64,000 nucleotides of DNA. Source: Patescibacteria group bacterium (GTDB lineage Bacteria; Patescibacteriota; Patescibacteriia; JAZDEU01). This document shows positions 38,101-47,146 of the stretch, piece by piece (the stretch's first letter is position 1; each line of letters starts with the position of its first letter). Location: the NCBI GenBank assembly GCA_042568285.1, contig JBHPIX010000001.1, positions 539 through 64,538 of the forward strand. The letters run 5' to 3'. Both the position numbers and the translations under genes were made by a program. The notes below the pieces were generated by a model that made no database searches, was not told where the DNA came from, and was given only the letters and a program-made list of their open reading frames with translations.

Positions 38101-40034
38101 GTTTCTCCGCTATCGCAAAATGTGTCTCCACAATATGTTTCAGAGCTTCTGCATTTACTGTGAACACAATGGTTATTTTTGCATTCTGAATTAGCTCCGC
38201 ATGTTTCTCCAGTATCTTTCAATGAACATGCTCCACAATCAGAAGTACAGCTTGAACAAGACTCTCCTCTATCGCAAAATGTATCGCCGCAATATGTTTC
38301 AGAGCTTCTGCATTTGCCATGAACACAATGCCAATTTTTACATTCCCCGCTATTAACGCAATCAGAACCGTCTGGCTTACTGCATAATCCGCAATCATCA
38401 GAACAATCATCGCATGTTTCACCTGTATCGCAGTTACTGTCTCCGCAGTATGTTGAAGAGCTTCTGCATTTTCCGTGAACACAATAATTGTTCGCGCATT
38501 CTGAATTAGCGTTGCATACAGCTCCATCAATTTTTAATGAACATGACCCGCAGTCGGAAGTACAGCTTGAACAAGATTCGTCGCTATCGCAAAATGTATC
38601 CCCGCAATATGTAGAATTTTCGCGACATATATTATGAACACAATAATAATCCCCGCAATCAATCTGCGAAAGGCATTGCTCTCCTATTCCAGCTCGGCAG
38701 TTTCCGCAGTCCTGCTGGCACACATCGCACTCTTCGCCATTGTCGCAATGACCGTCTCCGCAGTATGGGGATGAAGATCTGCACCTGCTATGCAAACAAT
38801 ATGGACTTTCGCACTCTGAATTGTTTGAGCAAACCTCGCCGTCTGCTTTTAAATTTAATTCGCAATAATAATTAGAAGTATCGCATAAATAACCGCTATC
38901 GCAATGATCATTTATTGAGCAACATGTTTTGCCAGCTTCGCAACATACATAATTTGCGCAATTTTCTGATTTGCAAGTTGAAGATGCATAGCAGACTTCT
39001 CCAATTTCTTTTCTTGTATCCACTTTTTCAACGCAATATTTATTATAATGGCATTCATATCCAGTTGAACAATCATCATCGTCATAACAGCACGTTCCAG
39101 AATCACAACATTTTCCATTGTTGCAGTATCCACTAGCGCATTCTTCTGAAGATGCGCAGACAGAACCATTTACTTTTAAGTATGTATACTCGCATAAATA
39201 ATTTGAATTGCATAAACCATTATTGCCACAATCATTATCAGTTTCGCAACACCATCCAACGCCTCCGCAGCATATTTTTTTTGAATAATCGCTTCCAAGC
39301 ACATAATCACAAATACTTGATTCGCATTCGCTATATTGAGAGCAAGCTTCGCCATTTGCCTTTTTAACTTTATCTTCGCAATAATAATTATCATTGCAAA
39401 TAGTATTCAATCCAAAAAGATCTCCGCAGTCGTTGCTTGTCTTGCAACATTCTTTGCCAGCTTCGCAACAAGTTCTATGCTGGCAATTATCTGATACGCA
39501 GTCTGTGTTAGAGCTACAACTCCCGCCATTCGCGGTCGTAGCGTCTGATTCGCAATAGCATCCGCCGGATTCGCCATATAGGGTGCAAGTAGCCGCGTAT
39601 GGACAATGGTCATTATTGAAACAGCATACGCTTCCCGTTTTACAGCATATATTATTACTGCAATTTCCTGATTCACATTCTGCGTCTTCGCCTGAATCGC
39701 ATGTCATAGAATTTATTACACTGCCGGCGCAATCTTCTGGACAAATGGTATATCCTTCATCGCAATAGCCGTCTCCGCAAAAATAATAATGATCTCTGCA
39801 AATATTATGGATGCAATAATCCGCATCGCAGTCCCATGATGTTGTACAGCTTTCACCCAGAGCGTTCGTCGCAAAAGAAACATTCGCGAACAGCGACATT
39901 GCGAATATTGCAAAAACAAAAACAGCGATAAACTTTAATGAACTAAAAGTACAATCGCTGTTTGCAGATAACTGTTTTACGAAATGCCACAATTTTTCGT
40001 AAAATGTTTGTGGCGTTTTGATAGAGTGTTTCAT
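35115..40034 (-). CDS. giant Cys-rich surface protein with C-terminal membrane anchor
   Basis: N-terminal signal, many C-x5-C-S-x2-C and CGDxxCD repeats, helical region, C-terminal TM plus KRR. Confidence 0.88.
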   Translation of the reverse strand: MKHSIKTPQTFYEKLWHFVKQLSANSDCTFSSLKFIAVFVFAIFAMSLFANVSFATNALGESCTTSWDCDADYCIHNICRDHYYFCGDGYCDEGYTICPEDCAGSVINSMTCDSGEDAECESGNCSNNICCKTGSVCCFNNDHCPYAATCTLYGESGGCYCESDATTANGGSCSSNTDCVSDNCQHRTCCEAGKECCKTSNDCGDLFGLNTICNDNYYCEDKVKKANGEACSQYSECESSICDYVLGSDYSKKICCGGVGWCCETDNDCGNNGLCNSNYLCEYTYLKVNGSVCASSEECASGYCNNGKCCDSGTCCYDDDDCSTGYECHYNKYCVEKVDTRKEIGEVCYASSTCKSENCANYVCCEAGKTCCSINDHCDSGYLCDTSNYYCELNLKADGEVCSNNSECESPYCLHSRCRSSSPYCGDGHCDNGEECDVCQQDCGNCRAGIGEQCLSQIDCGDYYCVHNICRENSTYCGDTFCDSDESCSSCTSDCGSCSLKIDGAVCNANSECANNYCVHGKCRSSSTYCGDSNCDTGETCDDCSDDCGLCSKPDGSDCVNSGECKNWHCVHGKCRSSETYCGDTFCDRGESCSSCTSDCGACSLKDTGETCGANSECKNNHCVHSKCRSSETYCGDTFCDSGETCVDCVKDCGQCEDDEFTAINSMSFGSSGEMKDGGVIPASRAPHIWTVNLPSRFTKVEITHYAKNSSNYVKKYMGKNGYVKVNDKTVWEFSPYSSSNGQVYDASLGKNVTEASGLNKWIDATKFFQAGSNTVKFYHYTTIEAIGVKLRVSVSAETEHTPDPSQEGNDENGVEDELKVEEGAEEREEEEVKKENGQSCDEQQDCASNNCVESVCRPLGYTWCGDGECQDNEDCSCPDCATTRRECLLFNNGDACSESSQCKSDFCWEKKCAMEENVIEYINEYSNIYGSIMPLNDKKYVPGLEGNFSPHDMHRTLMISVEEEKDGGNKVKAIALLKSSIAIEKLGVATIEAGTEMADVLGEATWQLMRTFLLFKAKIVAHQRLNSLSGKLNVNLRGVADKLTAATELVGGQLEGHSLESVLNSLGIESSAQIADFKMEADRAFENSQGSLKRYMDELEKTVKHKYKNLYKLAFMTNFKEAVSNQMVDYQVAIWHQNKFVGAVPNSDVPYYGYQTKINQIREALIAEKNFVYNNDNIFDKSKNMGNQLIDTTTNFGKLMDQLGLAGAAVDWGASLLGKETIFGDVFEKVSDFARDINDKLKLATDGINIAGLYGKAIFGIYSEGKMFAIYHNTASDWCEATIGDCHSVIRIPGTQEIIDLESVYQSMRPLGASIDNAIVKGGNLAYEFTREADRISNEMVNIFRQVANTTKTTLVRGVKKTKKFVVQATSQTGEAMRDAIQEKTEQAVETAENIAEEAAKTIIETGERVEETARQTAEAVRSGGRQILTGVMRFGSALLSEYSGNVIPRLTRDPEILQSRLTNWIPPVSTIPSRTRRSEAESSLGGHQARNDKKHFRESDRLWNISPAMAEDKPVIEFALISPSGKKYSGEPMQDGMGAIVVVEDPEDGEWETEVIGVDLEGEEDIEISLNVDEISEQETVEEVPEIKLAQTIENLQKDADRAIGIKKILQWVLSIAVGILAVVLGVLVWKRRAQDG
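35553..35693 (-). repeat. family A element (141 bp) inserted in frame in the CDS
   Basis: translates as VIPRLTRDPE...WIPPVSTIPSRTRRSEAESSLGGHQARND. Confidence 0.92.
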
Positions 40035-40561
40035 ATAGTTTGTATTTTAAAATTATTTTTTATACGAAATCCAATTTCATTTGCAGGTTCTTTTTGCGGC
40101 GAAATTAGTTGTTTTATAGCTTCAAAAATAATTTTAAATTGTTGGTCGTATTTTTTTTCTAATTTTTGTATTTTATTTTTAAGTTCTTTATTGGTTAATA
40201 ATATTTCCCTCAATTTTACAAAAGTCCTTATAATTTGGATGTTAACCTTTATGGCTTTTTCACTATTTAAAACACTGGATAGCATAGCCACTCCTTGTTC
40301 TGTGAAAGCATAGGGAAGATATCTTTGTCCGCCCCAACTTGAGGTCACAATTTGTGACCTCAAAATTTGAAATTCCTCGTTTGTTAGTTGAAACATAAAA
40401 TCAATGGGGAAACGTTTGATATTTCGTCTGATGGCTTGGTTAAGAACTTTTGTTTCAACTCCGTAAAGTTTAGCAATGTCTTTATCCAAAATTATTTTTT
40501 TGCCACGGATATAGAATATTTTATCCATTATTCTTTCTTGGGGTATTAGATTTTTTGACAT
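40031..40561 (-). CDS. ORF6N-domain protein
   Basis: IRGKKIILDKDIAKLYGVETKVLNQAIRRN..RFP.DFMFQL, PYAFTEQGVAMLSSVL. Confidence 0.93.
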   Translation of the reverse strand: MSKNLIPQERIMDKIFYIRGKKIILDKDIAKLYGVETKVLNQAIRRNIKRFPIDFMFQLTNEEFQILRSQIVTSSWGGQRYLPYAFTEQGVAMLSSVLNSEKAIKVNIQIIRTFVKLREILLTNKELKNKIQKLEKKYDQQFKIIFEAIKQLISPQKEPANEIGFRIKNNFKIQTI

Positions 40562-40852
40562 AAAGTAATAGTCTGTTTAAGGTTGCAATTTATGAACAGT
40601 TAAATTCTATGAAACACAGAATTTAAGTTTTTGTTTTCTTGCTTTCTTGTTTAATATTATACCAAAAAAACAAAATATCAGCAAAAAATTTTTTGACGGT
40701 TCCATTGTCCCGCCGATTCGGCGGGCAGATGCGCGTTCAAGAATCCACACCATAAAGCAACCTTGCGTTTTCTTTTTAAAGTATTATAATTAAAGTTATA
40801 TTTATTTTTTTATTGCTTTTTGACAATTTAACTTAATCCCGAAAGGAAAAAA

Positions 40853-40996
40853 ATGGAAAACAAAAAATTAATCATGACAAAAGTCGTAAAAAAAAATTTT
40901 ATGAATAATTTTCCATTATTATGTGTCGTTATTTTTAGTTTATTATTTTTATTGCTTATTATTCTTTATTTAAAATGTCCTTTAATAATTTTATAA
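40853..40996 (+). CDS. small membrane protein (47 aa, not in the ORF track)
   Basis: GAAAGGA SD, one long hydrophobic helix. Confidence 0.45.
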   Translation: MENKKLIMTKVVKKNFMNNFPLLCVVIFSLLFLLLIILYLKCPLIIL

Positions 40997-41023
40997 ATAA
41001 TTACTCAGAAAGGAGTATAAAAA

Positions 41024-41488
41024 ATGAAAAACAAAGAATTAATTTCAAAATTTGCAGATAAACTTGCGAATAGGTTTTTAATATTTTTTTCAGCGTTGAT
41101 TACATCCGCTGTAACTTTATTATTGCTGTATATTGCGAAATGGTCTCTTGACAGAGGAATAACAGATTTCCAACATCTAAACTTTATCTTTGCTGTTATT
41201 GTTTGCATAACATGCGATATTATAATGTCTTTGAATTTTGGCAAATATGCTTATGATACCTTGTCTGGCTCCAAGTTCCAAACTTTAGACAGCATTCTTT
41301 ATAGCATAGTTCACTCTATTTTTATATTCTTCATATGCTCTTTATTTGTCAGTGCAACCCTTTCCATTGTATTCGCAGTAATTTCTTTTATCACAGTTAT
41401 ATTTATCCAATTTTTTATCAGAATAAAAAATGGTGAAAAAATTAACTTATGGCCAACGGGCCACAACAAATTGCTCTTTTCTATATAA
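41024..41488 (+). CDS. hypothetical membrane protein
   Basis: AAGGAG SD, about 4 TM helices. Confidence 0.65.
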   Translation: MKNKELISKFADKLANRFLIFFSALITSAVTLLLLYIAKWSLDRGITDFQHLNFIFAVIVCITCDIIMSLNFGKYAYDTLSGSKFQTLDSILYSIVHSIFIFFICSLFVSATLSIVFAVISFITVIFIQFFIRIKNGEKINLWPTGHNKLLFSI

Positions 41489-41579
41489 ATTGTCCAAACA
41501 AAAAAGCCTGTCGTTCAATATGAATGACAGGCTTGTTTTATTTAATTTATATTTTAGAGAACTATATTGACGCGGTGTT

Positions 41580-41605
41580 GTCATCCCGCACTTGATGCGG
41601 GATCC
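41580..41605. repeat. family A single arm
   Basis: GTCATCCCGCACTTGATGCGGGATCC. Confidence 0.85.
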
Positions 41606-41609
41606 ATTC

Positions 41610-42554
41610 CTAAATATCATAGAGCAATTTTTTAAAGTTCATTGCTTTCCAATAATCAAAGATCCGATCAAAAGAAGGGGATAATGAATCTTTTATATGT
41701 TCTGTTGTTTTTATAAATATATAATGTCTCCCTGTTTCAGTATGATAAAATAACCATTCAATGCCACGTCTTAATGCTTCCGCAACAAGTCCGCATATTA
41801 TGCCATTGCAAAATGCAACGATCCACAATAATATCACATTTTCTATAAAAGGAAGTAAAAAATACGCTAAAGCAACTGTTATTGCCATTGTTGTAAAAAG
41901 GCAAATCCAGTAGCCAGATAATTTTACTGCTTTATAAATAGCTTTTATGCTGATGATATACGTTATTGAAAGTAATGCAAATAAAAGGAATATGAATCCT
42001 GTAATACTAAAATAAATAAATCCAAAATATGCCATTATTATCCAAAAAATTTGAACTCTAAATAAGCTAATTATATCGCTAAAAAAGAACTTTAATGGGT
42101 TTATAGATTGATAGTTTTTAAACCTTTGGTTAAAAGGGCTTTTTTCTTTAGAAAAAAGAAAAGACATAGGGAAGCTACTTAAGATAAAACAATTTATATA
42201 ATCCCATCTGCCAACAATAAAAAAACGACGAATAAACAAATAACTAATCAAAAAGACAATAATAACAGCAAATGCCCGAATTATCCAAGCATGATTTTTA
42301 TTAACGGCTTGTTTTGCCTCACCTGTTTTTATGCAAACATAGTTCAAACTTTTTTTGCCGACCAGAACGCTTTTTTTATAAATAGCAATTATATTGCAAT
42401 AAATTTCCTGATAGCACCAACCGATTAACACTCCCAGAATAACTCCAAATCCTAATAAATAAAAATTTTTACTATAACCGAATGCCAATAATCCAACAAA
42501 ACCTCCAAGAAAAGCTCCTAACACATTTTTTTTCGTAATTTCTTTTATTTCCAT
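41610..42554 (-). CDS. hypothetical membrane protein
   Basis: GAGGAGGAG SD, multiple TM helices. Confidence 0.7.
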   Translation of the reverse strand: MEIKEITKKNVLGAFLGGFVGLLAFGYSKNFYLLGFGVILGVLIGWCYQEIYCNIIAIYKKSVLVGKKSLNYVCIKTGEAKQAVNKNHAWIIRAFAVIIVFLISYLFIRRFFIVGRWDYINCFILSSFPMSFLFSKEKSPFNQRFKNYQSINPLKFFFSDIISLFRVQIFWIIMAYFGFIYFSITGFIFLLFALLSITYIISIKAIYKAVKLSGYWICLFTTMAITVALAYFLLPFIENVILLWIVAFCNGIICGLVAEALRRGIEWLFYHTETGRHYIFIKTTEHIKDSLSPSFDRIFDYWKAMNFKKLLYDI

Positions 42555-42572
42555 CTTAAACTCCTCCTCTTG

Positions 42573-43112
42573 TTAATAATAAAAATAATAATATCCAACA
42601 TAAAATAAAATTCCTGTAAATAAAAAAGAGACTACGGTAACAACAATGTTTCGCCATATAGTAAATTGATCTATAATAATATCTATCTCATTTAATGCCA
42701 CCAAAGAAAAAATAACAATACCTCCATCTATTACTGAAATCAATAATAAACTTGATAGTGATATATCTGATAACAATTTTATTTTTGCTACACACATAAT
42801 AGAAGATATTAGAAACGTTATTCCTGCGATAACTGATAAAATGGAGCACATAATACTGAAGAATGCAATTTTAACACTACAATTCTTTTTTTCGTTTTCT
42901 ATAAATTTCAAAAAAGCAATAAAACAGATTATAGCCGAGATAAAAAAACCTACACAAATTTTAGGCCAGATAGGATAATTTAAATTTATTATTATTATGG
43001 CTAAAAATAAAAATATTACAGCTGATATTATTACGGCTTCCAGAACATCATTAAAAAATAAGTTGAAATTTGTATTAAATCCATTCTTAATTTTATTAAC
43101 AACATTTTCCAT
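42573..43112 (-). CDS. hypothetical membrane protein
   Basis: AAGGAG SD, about 5 TM helices. Confidence 0.65.
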   Translation of the reverse strand: MENVVNKIKNGFNTNFNLFFNDVLEAVIISAVIFLFLAIIIINLNYPIWPKICVGFFISAIICFIAFLKFIENEKKNCSVKIAFFSIMCSILSVIAGITFLISSIMCVAKIKLLSDISLSSLLLISVIDGGIVIFSLVALNEIDIIIDQFTIWRNIVVTVVSFLFTGILFYVGYYYFYY

Positions 43113-43182
43113 TTTTTTCTCCTTCTTTTAAATTATTTGGATTAACAACGTTTATAACGTTGCCTCTGATTTTTTCAAAGAG

Positions 43183-43238
43183 CTATGTGCCGGGAAGAGG
43201 ATTCTTGCCCTGTCGTATGACAGGGTGAACCTCCACGC
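43183..43238 (-). pseudogene. duplicated 3' part of tRNA-Leu with a hairpin inserted in the T-loop
   Basis: CTATGTGCCGGGAAGAGGA..[CCCTGTCGTATGACAGGG]..TGAACCTCCACGC matches 43265-43298. Confidence 0.75.
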
Positions 43239-43269
43239 TCATTCGCACTACAAAAACGAAATTCCTATG

Positions 43270-43351
43270 TGCCGGGAAGAGGACTTGAACCTCCACGCCC
43301 GAAGGCACGTGCTCCTAAGGCACGCGTGTCTGCCAATTTCACCATCCCGGC
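43270..43351 (-). tRNA. tRNA-Leu(TAG)
   Basis: acceptor GCCGGGA/TCCCGGC, CGTGC-CTTAGGA-GCACG, long variable arm, TTCAAGT. Confidence 0.96.
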
Positions 43352-43403
43352 GTTACTCAAAAAAATAATCAAGCTGTCTTAAAAAGCAATTAAAGCAGTT
43401 TTT

Positions 43404-43555
43404 GTCATCCCGCAAATCGTAGCAACGATTATGTCCGCTTCGGCTTGAATCGAGACGAGCGGGATCCACTTTTAAATCAAATTTCTGAATCCCGTGTCAA
43501 GCCCGCCGAATTGGCCTGCCTGCCGGTAGGCAAGGCGAGGCAAGCACGGGATGAC
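43404..43555. repeat. family A pair with multiple nested inserts
   Basis: GTCATCCCGC...GCGGGATCC and ATCCCGTGTCAA[nested]GCACGGGATGAC. Confidence 0.88.
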
Positions 43556-43592
43556 AGTTTTTAATGTTAGCACAATTTAATAAATTTGCAAG

Positions 43593-44444
43593 TTAAAAAG
43601 AAAATGAAACCGCGCCGTATCCTACCACTCCACCCTTGTCAGATATTGTATCTCCTGAATTCATATATTTTAAAATATCTATTTTATTAGCGCCCAAATC
43701 TTTTGCTAAAAGCATAACTGTTTTAACCGCGCCGGACCCGCATAAAAAAGAAACTCCATTCGGGATTATTTCTATCTCAAGATCCAGTAATAATTTTTCC
43801 AGTTTAGCTTCATCTCCTGTCTGAATAGTTTTTAAAACTTCATTATCAACTTTAACCGCGTCATCATAAGCTGGATAATGTGACATATCGCTAGAAGCTA
43901 TAACTAAAATATCTTTTCTATCTCCAATTATAGCTACTAAAATTTCAGATAACATTTTGCAATTATCTATTAAATCATTACCCAGTAATATCGGAATTAT
44001 TTTAAATTCTTTTAAAGTGTTCTGTAAAAATGGCAACTGGACTTCAATAGAATGTTCTTCTTTATGCGCATCGCTATTAAATGATATTTTTTCATTTTTT
44101 TCAATTATTAAATTTGCCATTGCGCTATCAATTTCTACTTCTCCTAAAGGGGTTTTATAACCGCCACTGCTATAAACTGATATTCCGTCAAAAAGACTGT
44201 GGTGACTATTGCCAATAATAATTACTGTATTAATGTTCCTATCTTTTATTTTAGAATAAGCGCTCGCCATCACTTTTCCCGCGTATTTATATCCAGCATG
44301 AGGAACCATTAAGGCTAAAACATTTTCTGACGTAGAAGTTTTTTCATTTTTTAATAAGCTATTTATTTCTTTAGTTAAAAGATCTGCAGAAGCGGGATAA
44401 AATTTTCCAGCCGCTGAAGGTTGTCTCAAATTGTTTTTAGGCAT
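43593..44444 (-). CDS. AmmeMemoRadiSam system protein B (MEMO1 family)
   Basis: RQPSAAGKFYP, VPHAGY, GNSH, EHSIEVQLPFLQ, ASSDMSHY, CG, VVGY. Confidence 0.93.
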   Translation of the reverse strand: MPKNNLRQPSAAGKFYPASADLLTKEINSLLKNEKTSTSENVLALMVPHAGYKYAGKVMASAYSKIKDRNINTVIIIGNSHHSLFDGISVYSSGGYKTPLGEVEIDSAMANLIIEKNEKISFNSDAHKEEHSIEVQLPFLQNTLKEFKIIPILLGNDLIDNCKMLSEILVAIIGDRKDILVIASSDMSHYPAYDDAVKVDNEVLKTIQTGDEAKLEKLLLDLEIEIIPNGVSFLCGSGAVKTVMLLAKDLGANKIDILKYMNSGDTISDKGGVVGYGAVSFSF

Positions 44445-44643
44445 ATTGATTTCACATTAAAGATAAAATAATTAAAAATATTTTTTTATTATATTATAAT
44501 TTTACCATATTTCCATTATTAAAGAAAGATAATAAACTAATATTTGACAATGAGTAATAAAAAATATACACTAAATGCTATAGACCTGTTGCGGAATGAG
44601 TTCCATAGCGAAATATTGCGTAATATATTTATAAAATAATTTT

Positions 44644-46422
44644 ATGAAAAATAAAAATGAAAAATTAGAGCTATTAAGACACTCTTTATCTCACATTCTT
44701 ATGCAAGCGCTCACTAGGTTATATGGAGCTATTCCTGGTGTAGGACCAGCTATTGAAAATGGTTTTTATCATGATATAGATGCGGAATACCAAATTACAG
44801 CTGAAGACATCCCAAAAATAGAAAAGGAGATGAAAAAAATCATAAAAGCAAATTATCCTATTGAAAAAAAAGTTATGCCCATTGATGAAGGTATAAAATT
44901 TTTAAAAGAAAAAGGATATATCTATACTGCTGAACTGGCGGAAGATTTAAAAAAAGAAGGCAAAGCAGAAATTACATTTTATCAACAAGCGGAATTTATC
45001 AATATGTGCAAAGGACCTCATTTAGAAGCTACTGGAAAAATAAATCCAGACGGTTTTAAACTTACAAAACTTGCTGGCGCTTACTGGAAAGGGGATGAAA
45101 AAAATAAAATGATACAGAGACTTTATGGAGTAGCTTTTGAAACAAAAGATGAATTGGAGAAATATTTGAAGATGATGGAAGAAGCTGAAAAGAGAGATCA
45201 TAGGAAAATCGGATCTGAATTAGATTTATTTAGCTTTTCCAGAGGATCGGCAGGACTACCGGGAAGCGTGTATTGGCACCCAAAAGGGACTATTATATAT
45301 CAAGAAATTATTAGTTATATAAGGGAAAAATTAAAAAAATTTAATTATGGCGAAATTAGAACTCCCATGATTTTAAATAGGGAACTTTGGAAAAAAAGCG
45401 GACATTGGGAAAAATATAAAGAAAATATGTTTTTTGCGGCAGATACTTCCGATATAGAAGATATAAGAAAAGGAAAAAGTCCTGTTTGGGGAATAAAGCC
45501 AATGAACTGCCCTGGAGCAATAGCTGGAATATATAATGCTAAAAAAAGATCATATAAAGAATTTCCTTTGCGAATTGCTGAATTTGGAATGGTGTATCGT
45601 AATGAAGAAAAAGGGGTAATTCACGGACTTTTTAGAGCAAGAGCTTTTACGCAAGATGACGCTCATATTTTTTGCACCGAGGATCAATTAATTTCTGAAA
45701 TAGAAGCTTTAATAGATATTGTTCTTTCAACTTATAAAGATTTTGGTTTTGACGATATTAATACAGAACTTTCTACAAGACCTAAAAAGTATATTGGGAG
45801 TTTAAAAACTTGGGATAAAGCAGAAAAAATTCTTGAAGCTTCTTTAAAGAATACAAAATTAAAATTTGTAATAAATGAAGGTGACGGCGCTTTTTATGGA
45901 CCTAAAATAGATTTTCACATAAAAGATGCTTTAAACAGATCATGGCAATTAGGAACTATTCAATTAGATTTTTCCATGCCTGAAAAACTTGATGCCAAAT
46001 TTACTGATAAAGATGGGAAAGAAAAAGCGCCAATAATGTTGCATAGAGCAGTTTTGGGTTCGTTGGAAAGATTTATAGGCATACTTGTAGAACACTACGG
46101 CGGAGCCTTCCCTCTATGGTTATCACCTGTTCAAGTGAAAATAATTTCAGTTGGTGAAGGGCATATTGAATTCTGCAACAAGCTGGCAGATGAATTTAAA
46201 GAACAAAATGTAAGAGTAGAAGTTGATTCAAATGACGAAACAGTTGGGAATAAAATTAGAAAAGCCAGAACAGAAAAAATTCCTTATGTTTTAGTAATCG
46301 GCGATAAAGAAATGAACTCTGACAAACTGCATATCAATGTAAGAGGAAAAAAAGAAATCATTGAAATGACAAAAAATAATTTTTTTGGTAAAATAAAGGA
46401 AGAGATTGGAGAACGGGTATAA
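44644..46422 (+). CDS. thrS: threonine--tRNA ligase
   Basis: RHSLSH, CKGPH, RDHRK, KPMNCP, FTQDDAHIFC, GAFYGPKID, HRAVLGSLERF. Confidence 0.98.
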   Translation: MKNKNEKLELLRHSLSHILMQALTRLYGAIPGVGPAIENGFYHDIDAEYQITAEDIPKIEKEMKKIIKANYPIEKKVMPIDEGIKFLKEKGYIYTAELAEDLKKEGKAEITFYQQAEFINMCKGPHLEATGKINPDGFKLTKLAGAYWKGDEKNKMIQRLYGVAFETKDELEKYLKMMEEAEKRDHRKIGSELDLFSFSRGSAGLPGSVYWHPKGTIIYQEIISYIREKLKKFNYGEIRTPMILNRELWKKSGHWEKYKENMFFAADTSDIEDIRKGKSPVWGIKPMNCPGAIAGIYNAKKRSYKEFPLRIAEFGMVYRNEEKGVIHGLFRARAFTQDDAHIFCTEDQLISEIEALIDIVLSTYKDFGFDDINTELSTRPKKYIGSLKTWDKAEKILEASLKNTKLKFVINEGDGAFYGPKIDFHIKDALNRSWQLGTIQLDFSMPEKLDAKFTDKDGKEKAPIMLHRAVLGSLERFIGILVEHYGGAFPLWLSPVQVKIISVGEGHIEFCNKLADEFKEQNVRVEVDSNDETVGNKIRKARTEKIPYVLVIGDKEMNSDKLHINVRGKKEIIEMTKNNFFGKIKEEIGERV

Positions 46423-46459
46423 AATTGCGAAATTTCTATTTTTTTGATATACTATAATT

Positions 46460-46753
46460 ATGATTACTCAAATTTTTAAAAAGAAAATAACTCCCGTATT
46501 AAAACGGCAAGGGGTAACCAAAGCTGCCATTTTTGGTTCTTTCGCAAGAGGAGATTGTAAAAAAAATAGCGATATTGACATTTTAGTAAGTTTAGAAAAA
46601 GATAAAACATTGCTTGACCTTATAGGATTAAAAATTGAATTGGAAAATAAGCTTAAAAGAAAAGTTGATGTTTTAACATATAATGGAATTAACCCTCGTT
46701 TAAAGGATATAATTTTAAATGAACAAAAAATAATTTATGAAAAAAGATCTTAA
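46460..46753 (+). CDS. minimal nucleotidyltransferase (MNT) antitoxin
   Basis: FGSFARG....SDIDILV. Confidence 0.92.
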   Translation: MITQIFKKKITPVLKRQGVTKAAIFGSFARGDCKKNSDIDILVSLEKDKTLLDLIGLKIELENKLKRKVDVLTYNGINPRLKDIILNEQKIIYEKRS

Positions 46754-47075
46754 TATTTTCATAGAACATATCTTGGAAAGCATTACTGAAATTGAAAAAT
46801 ACACAAAAAATATTTCTTGTGCCAAATTTTTAAAAACCACACAAATTCAAGACGCGGTTATTAGAAGATTAGAAATCATAGGAGAGGCGGTAAAAAATTT
46901 ACCACTTTCTTTAAAAAAACAATCTCCATATATACCATGGCAAAAAATTGCTGGATTAAGAGATGTCCTAATTCATGAATATTTCGGAGTTGATATAGAC
47001 TTAGTTTGGAAAATTATAAAGAAAGATCTGCCAAAATTCAAAAAGGAAATTATAGAATTGACAAAATTAATATAA
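46737..47075 (+). CDS. HEPN/DUF86 toxin (HepT-like)
   Basis: IIGEAVK, IPW..I.GLRDVLIHEY (R-x4-H); overlaps the MNT gene. Confidence 0.92.
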   Translation: MKKDLNIFIEHILESITEIEKYTKNISCAKFLKTTQIQDAVIRRLEIIGEAVKNLPLSLKKQSPYIPWQKIAGLRDVLIHEYFGVDIDLVWKIIKKDLPKFKKEIIELTKLI

Positions 47076-47146
47076 TATAAAATTAAAATTAGTAATGCCA
47101 ATGTATTGCGCAACTAATGCTCATCATTGACACATTCTAAAATTAT

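Noticed and set aside
46460-47075. MNT-HEPN pair as a new system
   Set aside because: Standard, widely described toxin-antitoxin module.
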